Shown: one piece after another, positions 55,901 to 64,000 of the stretch
How the letters are laid out: each line of letters opens with the position of its first letter
How positions within the stretch are numbered: the first letter of the stretch is position 1
From: Octopus sinensis
Taxonomy: Eukaryota
DNA length: 64,000 bases
Reading direction: 5' to 3'
Assembly (NCBI RefSeq): GCF_006345805.1
Contig: NC_043002.1
Coordinates: forward strand, 117,800,001 to 117,864,000
Made by a program: the position numbers and the translations under genes
Notes under the pieces: generated by a model
The model's input: the letters and a program-made list of their open reading frames with translations, nothing else
Database searches by the model: none
What the model was told of the DNA's origin: nothing

Positions 55901-58900
55901 CAGTTTTGGTGGAAACTGGGTTCTCAAAGTGGTCATTAAGCTCTGCAGTACTTTTGGGAGCTGTATTTTTGTGATCCTTTCTAACAATTCACGTAAGAGT
56001 CTGACAGTCCCTATCTGAAAGTTTTGGTTTTCTTCCAGTGTTTTGTTTCAACAAAGTTTTTCCCTCCTTCTCAAAGGCTGTCATTACTTTCGAGACAGTA
56101 CTTCTTGATACACCATACATTTTGGCTGCTTTTGTTATGCTAGCGCCTGCCATACGAGCACCAACAATTTGACCTCTTTGAAAGCCAATAGATCTGTCAT
56201 TTTAATAAATTTTAATTACCTTTTTCTGATGATATTTGAAAAGAAACAGTAATTTTAGCAAAACATTAAGCAACACTAATAACAAATCAAAAAACAAAAA
56301 TAAACAAGCATTTTACGGTTTTATAGATATTTCAAAATTATGATGCTATGATGCTAGGTGTTTCCATTATTTTGTCGAACCCCTGTAGATGATAAGTAGC
56401 TTTCTTTATTATAGTAGAGATGTGAATAATTTGGAGAAACATTACTTTCATTATTCACACATCGTCACTCTCGTAATGCAACACTTTGTCATTTTGGTTG
56501 AAATTGAAAGTGTGAAACTATTTTCACTTTCTAATGAAACCTGGTCATTGTAGAGTAATGCTTTTCAAATAACTAAAGCTGATTGTTGAGAAAACATAAA
56601 AAATATGTAAATGAAAATAAAGTTTATTTGATAGCCAAACAATTACTGAATCTTTTGATACTTCATATATCAAAATCGGCAACTCAGTTTCTGAATGCAT
56701 GAGGAACATATGCTCACACACAAACTTTCTTTTATAGATATATTGTTGCTATTATGCAAAAAAGTTGTAAGTCCAAAACGTTGCTTTTTCAGAAATTGAA
56801 AAAATAGTTTCACCATTCCATACCAAAACCAGTCATCGTACTACACTTTGACAAGTTTTGATATCTTGGCATCTGAAGAGCTGGAGATGCAATAGTTTGA
56901 CCAAAAGAAGCAGCTATTGCAAGCAAAAATAAATACTTGGGGAAAAAAAAAAGAGAGAAACCCGCATTTGGTCAAGTTTAGACATATGACAGTTTAACAT
57001 AATAGCAATGATATATATACGTATATGTATGTATGTGTCTCTGTGTTTATGCTGAGTCTTGACAATTGTTGGTTATCTACATATCTCTAACTTATTGGAC
57101 TGGCAAAAGACACTGATAGAATTAGTGCCAAACTTAGAAAATAAGTACAGGGGAGTTGACTTGCTTGACTAAACTCTTCACGAAGGTCGCCCAGCATGGC
57201 TGCAGTTCAATGACTGAAACAAGTAAAAGGTAAAGAATAAGTTGCAAAAGAAGAAAAAAGGTGAGATTTACCTCTAACAGGTCAATCATACGTGTCATTT
57301 GTGAATATATCAATACTCGATGACCGTCTTTCTTTAATCTGTGTAACAATGAATCCAATACAGTAAGCTTGCCAGCATCTGTCACCAATGTTTCTTTGTC
57401 TAAAATACAAACATAAAATAATTAAAGCAACAAAGTAATGAATCTGAACAAGAATTTAAATTTTCTCTAAAACTGCCCTGTCAGTTAATTAAACACTTTA
57501 TTAGTTGAAAAAATTTTTCCAAATGATATTTGCTACAAGGGTGACATTACAGTGGGATTTAAGTAAAACTGGTTTTGAAAAATGGGCATGGGAAAAAAGC
57601 AGTTTTCATACTGTTATTTTCCATGTGTGTTGACTGCAAAGGGACGCTCCAATTGAAAGACAGTTGCAATTTCAAGAGCAACTGTCAAAAGCAGTTATCC
57701 TCTTCCAGCTGTGATCTTTATCCTGCAGGCAAATACTGAGAGTAGCCCCATTCACACCACCCTTGTCCACCATTCAGTAAATTCACTGAAAGGTTACATC
57801 TTTTGGAACATGAAATTCATGAAGGTTTAGCCAGTGTAGAAAATGTTTGTCCTATCTTTTCAATTTTGTTCTCCAAACAATGTCTTTTTCCATACCAACA
57901 AAACAAAAGGAAATCTACCTACTCTTCCCAGCCAAAAGTAGACAGTGGGACAATCTTTATAGTGGACTCAGTTGATATCTACAACTGTCTTATATATGAC
58001 AACTGTTGTTCAACATAAGCCCACAAGTGAGCAATGCTTGGTCATACAACAGCTGTATGTATATTAGTTTCGTCACTCTGCATGTTCATAACACAAGCCC
58101 AAGTAACAGTGCTGCTACCACCGCCACCAGTAATAATAATAATAATAATAATAATGATAGTCTCTAATTTAGACAAAAGGTTGGTAATTTTCAAGGAAGA
58201 GGGCAAGTCAATACCATCAACACTTGACTGCTACCTTATTTTATCTCTGCCAAAAGAAATAAAGGAAAAGTTGACCCAATCAGATTTGAACTCTGAGCCT
58301 GACCAAAAACAGCAAGGAAGTTTTTCCAATGTTCTAATGACCCTGTCAGCTTCCTACCTTTCATAATAATAATGGCATCTGAGTTTTACAAACAAGGTCA
58401 GCGACTTTGAGGGAAAGGGAAGTATTTGATACCATTGACTCCAGAGGGATGAACAACAGAGTTGATCTTGTTGGGAATTGAACTTACAACAATTTCTGCT
58501 GAGGTCAACAAAGTAGATTACCAGTCAAGTATTAGGGCCAATGGTATCATCTTAATCCTTCTCCTTAAAAGTGCTTATCTTGTGCCTAAATTGGTAACAA
58601 TAGCAATTACCTCTGCCGAGGAAGGAGGTTATATTTTCATTGGTGTTGGTTTGTTTGTCTGTCTGTCTGTGTGCAAAATAACTCAAAAAGTTGTGAATGG
58701 TATTTGATGAAACTTGTATGAAAAGTTGGTAATGATCCAAGGAACAGATGGTGAAATTTTGGTAGTGATCCAGGAAATTTTATGGATTCTTTAAGGATTT
58801 TTCATTTGTTATATTTACTTTACATTGTTATACTTCAGTATGTTATGTTCTTTGATCATCTCCATTGAAAACACGTTCTTCGTTCCCACGTAACCTATGG

Positions 58901-61900
58901 TGGTGTTGCTGTTTCCAAAGTTTATTTTTGTTTCTCTATTAGTAATTTTACTCGCGTATCTATCTTAAAATGAGCTGCATCGCGGATGTCTGCGGAGGAT
59001 GACATGACAAGCCTTGGCTTATTGGGATCAACTCAAAAAGCTCAGCCTTTGTTCCCTCCACCACCGCTGGGAGCTCTATATCATCTGCATGATGTGGAAA
59101 ATATTCCATCAATATTGCCCATCTTTAAAATTCGTCCAAGGCTTGGCCCCCGTGCCATCCGTCCACTACAGAAATGTTTGTGTTGTATCACAACACTATG
59201 ACAGAACTATTTCACCTCAGTTGGCCCTGCTCTCTTCAACATCGTGCCTGAAACACAAAGGCATCAAGGAGGAGAGTGACTTCACGGCATTCAAACGATC
59301 CCTAGATGATTACCCCCAACAAATACCAGATAAACCACCCTCTCACCCAGATATGTCTCTATGCTGTAACCCTCTGCTTGAATGGGCTATGGTTCCCCAG
59401 AGCTGACAGCATATCTCTTCCAGGTGGTGCTATTAAATTAGACATGGACTGAGTCAACTTCATAATCTAATCTATGCTTAACCTTTTAATCAAAGCCTGA
59501 CAACATGGGTAGAGGCTGATATCTTAACATTTCTGATGGTCTTAAGTATAAAAAAAATTATTAAAGATTTATATAGATCTACATTCAAAGTATGTCTATA
59601 AGCTATTGTGCTTAGACCTGGTTTCTATCCTCAAACTGTTCCGTTTTGTAGATGCAATTTTTTTTTTTTTTTAAATAAAGAACTCCAAAATCTGCAACAA
59701 TCTTGGTCCCATGAGTATCAGATAATGGATTTTCCACTGTGTAAAGAAACTGATTGTGGTGAAAGCAGAGACAGTGTTGATGATGATGATGGTCGAGATG
59801 AGTATGGGAGGAGGTTATGTTTTTGCCGGCATTGATTTCAGAAATTGGGCGATTTTCAGCATGCATGTATATGGGTGGAAATGAGCTGCTTGGCAGAGGT
59901 CTGCGCTCTCCGAGTGCTTTTCTAGTTCTTTCTGCAATAAGCACAAAGCCCTAAAATTTTTTTTAGGCAGGGGTAGGAAAGGGGTTAGTCGTTTACATCA
60001 ATCCCAGTGCTGGGACTTATTTTGTCAATCCTGAAACTATGAAAGGTAAAGTTGACCGTAGTGGAATTTGAACTGTGAACGTAAAACCGGAAGAAATGTC
60101 ACGAAACATTTTGTTAGGTACGCTCATGGTTTTGCCAGATTGCTGCTGCATTGTTATCATCGTAGTAATAATAATGGTTTCAAATTTTGGCACAAGGCTA
60201 GTAAGTTAGGTGAGGGGCTAAGCTGATTAGACAGGCCCCAGTCCTCAATTTTTATTTAATCAATCTTGAAAGAACGAAAAGCAAAGTCAGCCTTGACAGA
60301 ATTTGAACTCAGAACCTAAAGACAGGTGAAATGCATTTTGCTTGGCACAAAAACGATTCTGCCAGTTTGTCACTTTAATAATAATAATAGTAATGTAAAA
60401 CAATTCAATAATTTTTAATTGTCAACACATCATATATGAAGAACTAACCTGGAACCAGTATGCCAGACCAACCATGTTGAGGATAAGATGCAAACAGACC
60501 TGCCCTTTCAGGGGGTACGAAATAAGCTTTTGATCTTGTTCTGTAAGGAGTGTCTTCAATTCCAAATTTGAGACATAGTTTAAATGAAAGTGTATCACAA
60601 TCAAGTTCTCTTTGTCTATCCCAGGCAGCACTGCGATCAACAGAGTACCAACCTGCAGGGAGAACTTGCATCTGAAAAATATAATGTAAATATTTGAAAA
60701 ACCATAATAATTTAAAGTATGATTTAAATAAATAGATGTAAAATAGAAACCTTCATCCTTTTTCTTTCTTATATCCCAAATATGGAACTGAAAATACTTT
60801 TAAGTAGTGTTATGGCAGATTCTTCATAATCTTATTTGAATAATTTTTCTTATTAGTTATTAGGTACAGAAATGGCAGTGCAGTGAACACAGTTTAACTG
60901 CAACCACATAGGTCTGGGTTCAAGTGTGTGCCACTATGAGGTGCATTGGGAAAAAAAAGTCTTCTACTGTGACCAGGGTTTATCAATACCAAGTGAGTGG
61001 AATGTAGCAGGTGGAAATTGTTCAGAAGCCTCTGTGTGTATGTGTTGGTGTTTCTATCTATGTGATTCATAAAACACCACGAGTTAAACCTAAGCCAGTG
61101 ATGAGTCCAAATGGTAACACAGTAAAATCATCATCATCATCATCATCATTTAACGTCCGCTTTCCATGCTAGCATGGGTTGGACGGTTCAACTGGGGTCT
61201 GGGGAGCCCGAAAGCTGCACCAGTCCAGTCAGATCTGGCAGTGTTTCTACAGCTGGATGCCCTTCCTAACGCCAACCACTCCGAGAGTGTAGTGGGTGAT
61301 TTTATGTGCCACCGACACAGGTGCCAGACGAGGCTGACAAACGGCCACGCTCGGATGGTGTTTTTTATGTGCCACCGACACAGGTGCCAGACGAGGCTGG
61401 CAGACGGCCACGCTCGGATGGTGTTTTTTATGTGCCACCGACACAGGTGCCAGACGAGGCTGGCAGACGGCCACGCTCGGATGGTGTTTTTATGTGCCAC
61501 CGACACAGGTGCCAGACGAGGCTGGCAGACGGCCACGCTCGGATGGTGTTTTTATGTGCCACCGACACAGGTGCCAGATGAGGCTGGCAAACGGCCACGA
61601 TCGGATGGTGCTTGTTACGTGCCCACAGCACGGAGGCCAGTCGATGCGGTACTGGCTACGGCCACGTTCGGATGGTTTTCTTATGTGCCACGTGTCACCG
61701 GCACTGGTACCACAAAGATACAAATTCCATTGATGTTCATCTATTTTGATTTGTTTTGATTTGATTTTCACTTGCCTCAGCAGGTCTTCACAAGTGTCAC
61801 AAGAAGGAAGGTATGCACAGGTGGACTGACTACGTCCCAGGTAGGGGCCATGGGTTATGGCCTGACTAGTCTTGCCGGGTCTTCGGATGGTGTTTTTATG

Positions 61901-63987
61901 TGCCACCGACACAGGTGCTAGATGAGGCTGGCGAACGGCCACGATCGGATGGTGTTTGTCATGTGCCCACCGCACTGACTACGGCACTGATGGATTTCTT
62001 GTGTGCCACAGGCACTGGTACCACAAGATACAAATTCCATTGATGTTCATCTATTTTGTCTATTTTGATTTGATTTTCACTTGCCTCAACCGGTCTTCAC
62101 AAGTGTCACAAGAAGGAGGAAGGAAGGTATGCACAGGTGGACTGACTAGTCTTGCCGGGTCTTCGGAAGGTGTTTTTATGTGCCACCGACACAGGTGCCA
62201 GATGAGGCTGGCGAACGGCCATGATCGGATGGTGTTTGTTACGTGCCCACAGCACGGAGGCCGGTCGATGCGGAACTGGCTACGGCCACGTTCGGATGGT
62301 TCTCATGTGTGCCACCGGCACTGGTACCACACTGGTACCACAAGATACAGATTCCATTGATGTTCATCTATTTTGATTTGTTTTGATTTGATTTTCACTT
62401 GCCTCAACAGGTCTTCACAAGTGTCACAAGAAGGAAGGTATGCACAGGTGGACTGACTACGTCCCAGGTAGGGGCCATGGGTTATGGCCTGACTAGTCTT
62501 GCCGGGTCTTCGGATGGTGTTTTTATGTGCCACCGACACAGGTGCTAGATGAGGCTGGCGAACGGCCACGATCGGATGGTGTTTGTCATGTGCCCACAGA
62601 ACGGAGGCCAGTCGATGCGGTACTGGCTACGGCCACTTTCGAATGGTTTTCTCTTGTGTGCCACCGGCACTGGTACCACAAAGATACAAATTCCATTGAT
62701 GTTCATCTATTTTGATTAGTTTTGATTTGATTTTGATTTTGATTTTCACTTGCCTCAACAGGCCTTTGATTTTCACTTGCCTCAACAGGCCTTCACAAGT
62801 ATCACAAGGAGGAAGGTAACAGAATGATAAAAATAACTAACAGACAGAAACAAAAGCTAGGATTGCTATGACTAATTAACAACCCTTGAAAGTAGAACTC
62901 CAGTATGGCTGCAGTTCAAGGATTGAAATCAATCAAGTAAAAACAACTCTGAAAGTGAATAAAAAACATATCTAAAGTCAATAACCCTTCTCTTTCTCAT
63001 CAAATTTTAATAACAATTTTTCTATGCTAGCCTGAGCTGAAAACATATTTACACAACAACTTTCTGTTCTTGTAATATCTTCCTTCGTTTCCTGCAATAA
63101 GTACCTTCCACGGTCAGAATATGGCATTTTTAAACAGATCAATCACCTTCCATTTGCACCACATCTTTCACCAGCAGTTTTCCCACGCTTCCTGCTGCTC
63201 CACTTTCCATGCAGCTGAAATGTTATGCATCTGACAGAACATCATTCACAAAACTTCCTCCTCATTCAATACTCATGTCTCACTACTATGTACTTTTCAT
63301 ACACCATTTATATACCCTGCTCTTTCTATTTGTTGCCATCAGAATCAATGAGTCCTTTAACTACATCCAGACTGTCATTGAATTTATGGTACAGCAAACT
63401 ATATCACTAACTAACAGAAATCACTAATGAAATCCAAGGCAAACCTATATAGCCTAGTAGTAGCAGATTGATCTGAAGTTTCAAACTAGTGATTTTAACA
63501 ACACATTTATTATAGAACTGACCCTGTGTTATTCAGATTACTTCTCTGTCAAATCTAATGCTTATTTATTCACTTTAGATTGAATTTTTCAAGCATTATC
63601 ACACAGCTTTGAGATTTTGACATGTGATTCTTTATTTTTAGAATGACATTGTAGTGCAAGTGTGAGAGGTCAGATCTGGCCAGTTTGAGCATAAAACAAG
63701 GTATTTGGGTCTGATATGGCCAGTTTAAATGTTAGATGGTTAATAGTGTGGTTCAAGTACTTGAACTGCTGACATGTTTAATGATATATTATCACATTTA
63801 AATATTTAAATAATTTGCATTAGCACATGAAGATGAAGGTACAATTATAAATATAATTATTTACTTTTGGTATTAATTTTGTCAAGAAAGTAGGCATACA
63901 AGTTGGTTGGCAGTGGAAAACATATGGCCGTCTCATTCGGTGTGGATGAACAGGTAAGTCATTGACATCAACATTTAAGGCTGGTTT
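40450..63987 (-). CDS. INO80: INO80 chromatin-remodelling ATPase, 3' part (5' end outside the window): join(63987-63865,60671-60449,57399-57272,51765-51598,50325-50167,49205-49103,46544-46462,45088-44975,43572-43464,42645-42448,40535-40450)
   Basis: SNF2 HelicC motifs [43 protein letters not shown] and [28 protein letters not shown]80-specific C-terminus ([19 protein letters not shown]). All phases are consistent. Confidence 0.95.
40701..41440 (-). mobile_element. Decayed RTE-LINE RT fragment with a 108-bp fold-back duplication
   Basis: [15 protein letters not shown] remnant. Arms 40701-40808 and 40866-40973 are reverse complements. Confidence 0.75.
42448..42645 (-). CDS. INO80: INO80 exon ([23 protein letters not shown]...[15 protein letters not shown]), AT-hook-like RGRP
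   Basis: Acceptor tttcag|. Donor G|gtcaga, with an alternative same-phase donor at 42427. Confidence 0.88.
43464..43572 (-). CDS. INO80: INO80 exon ([10 protein letters not shown]...[14 protein letters not shown])
   Basis: Acceptor ttacag|, donor C|gtaagt. Supplies the required phase 0 to 1 change. Confidence 0.8.
44130..44505 (+). mobile_element. RTE-LINE C-terminal and 3' fragment
   Basis: LHWFGQV...[12 protein letters not shown] remnant matching the 54047-54300 element. Confidence 0.7.
44975..45088 (-). CDS. INO80: INO80 exon (TKDVKRLK...VPASPQSE)
   Basis: Acceptor ttacag|, donor GAG|gtcagt. 114 nt in frame. Confidence 0.82.
45837..46162. repeat. Direct tandem duplication, ~160 bp x2
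   Basis: 45837-45996 versus 45998-46162. The first copy differs mostly by single-base deletions. Confidence 0.85.
46462..46544 (-). CDS. INO80: INO80 exon (LKQRQEEKR...[13 protein letters not shown])
   Basis: Basic, NLS-like segment. Acceptor ttcag|, donor AAG|gtgaac. Confidence 0.9.
46620..47275 (-). mobile_element. Helentron-type non-autonomous element (HINE-like)
   Basis: The minus-strand 3' end CCTTGGCGGGGGTTTGCACTCTCTGAATGCTCTTGTT matches the end of 58607-59927. Confidence 0.5.
49103..49205 (-). CDS. INO80: INO80 exon ([34 protein letters not shown])
   Basis: Acceptor tgtag|, donor T|gtaagc. 103 nt. Confidence 0.95.
49516..50077. repeat. Long inverted repeat (255/240-bp arms, 67-bp spacer) in an INO80 intron
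   Basis: 49516-49770 is the reverse complement of 49838-50077, except for one ~15-bp indel and a few substitutions. Confidence 0.92.
50167..50325 (-). CDS. INO80: INO80 exon ([10 protein letters not shown]...RAKEKSE)
   Basis: SNF2 motif VI, GT-AG, 159 nt. Confidence 0.96.
51270..51475 (-). mobile_element. tRNA-derived SINE with a Meta-SINE-like core (other copies at ~58165-58365, 59950-60145 and 60175-60375)
   Basis: Shared core GGTACTTATTT..TGACCCCGAAAGG..AAAGGCAAAG..GAC..GGAATTTGAACTCAGAA in several copies. Confidence 0.55.
51598..51765 (-). CDS. INO80: INO80 exon ([10 protein letters not shown]...GINLTAADT)
   Basis: SNF2 motif V, GT-AG, 168 nt. Confidence 0.96.
53372..55122 (-). mobile_element. 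5'-truncated RTE-clade LINE: RT C-terminus, PHD finger, 3' UTR with 63-bp repeats, (ATG)n tail
   Basis: [42 protein letters not shown] and RGRPRKTW. One frameshift near 54910. Stop at 54047-54049. Confidence 0.92.
55153..56385 (-). mobile_element. Full-length Tc1-family (DD34E) transposon, frameshifted
   Basis: TA|CAGGGGTTGGACAAAATAATAGAAACACCT...AGGTGTTTCCATTATTTTGTCGAACCCCTG|TA. Motifs [16 protein letters not shown] and [10 protein letters not shown]. Confidence 0.92.
57272..57399 (-). CDS. INO80: INO80 exon ([12 protein letters not shown]...[11 protein letters not shown])
   Basis: Start of the HelicC domain. Acceptor tttag|, donor GAG|gtaaat. Confidence 0.95.
58607..59927 (+). mobile_element. 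Helentron-type non-autonomous element (HINE-like) with a nested LINE 3' fragment (~58980-59460)
   Basis: Subterminal inverted repeats ACCTCTGCCGA (58609) and TTGGCAGAGGT (59890). (GTCT)n near the 5' end. 3' hairpin GCGCTC-TCC-GAGTGC, then CTAGTT. Confidence 0.65.
60449..60671 (-). CDS. INO80: INO80 exon ([17 protein letters not shown]...[11 protein letters not shown])
   Basis: DRSA and PQxGWS motifs. Acceptor ttcag|, donor G|gttagt. Confidence 0.88.
61128..62817 (-). repeat. RTE-LINE 3' UTR array: five 62-63-bp units plus four tandem ~280-350-bp higher-order copies
   Basis: Units start at 61305, 61368, 61431, 61493 and 61555. Larger blocks end at the LINE stop region (ctagtcttgccgggtctt) near 61883, 62163 and 62510; the last block is partial. 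Confidence 0.9.
63865..63987 (-). CDS. INO80: INO80 exon (KPALNVDV...[16 protein letters not shown])
   Basis: Acceptor ttccag|, donor AAA|gtaaat. 123 nt open frame. Resembles the INO80 insertion region. Confidence 0.75.
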
Positions 63988-64000
63988 CTGGAAGAATTAA

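Noticed and set aside
50167-57399. SRCAP/p400 or CHD instead of INO80
   Set aside because: [23 protein letters not shown] and the C-terminal RGRPKG/AAYAAYG motifs fit INO80.
61305-61617. 63-bp repeats as a CRISPR array or ribozyme array
   Set aside because: The units are contiguous with no unique spacers and no cas genes, in a eukaryotic context. CAGATGA/CAGACGA does not match the hammerhead core.

Overview
AT-rich animal genomic DNA, most likely a coleoid cephalopod such as Octopus (inferred from the repeat landscape, not verified). Two intron-rich genes converge. Mevalonate kinase (MVK) is on the + strand with 9 coding exons (4568-32276, 393 aa). The 3' part of the chromatin remodeller INO80 is on the - strand with 10 coding exons in the window (63987 to 40450). 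Introns and flanks are filled with mobile DNA. This includes a 6.1-kb full-length but disabled Helitron in MVK intron 8, whose RepHel N-terminus carries nine ~23-aa STPR-like repeats, plus non-autonomous Helitron and Helentron elements. There are three CR1-group LINE copies; one has a stop-free ~690-codon EN-RT frame that runs off the window edge and is absent from the ORF track. Also present are RTE LINE pieces with a PHD finger and a minisatellite-generating 3' UTR, Tc1/mariner, hAT and piggyBac-like elements, SINEs and kb-long (TA)n arrays. The most unusual structure is five long intronic inverted repeats or palindromes, one pair bracketing almost all of MVK intron 5, plus hammerhead-ribozyme-like motifs. 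No CRISPR array, tRNA gene or rRNA gene is supported. All translations and alignments were done by eye.
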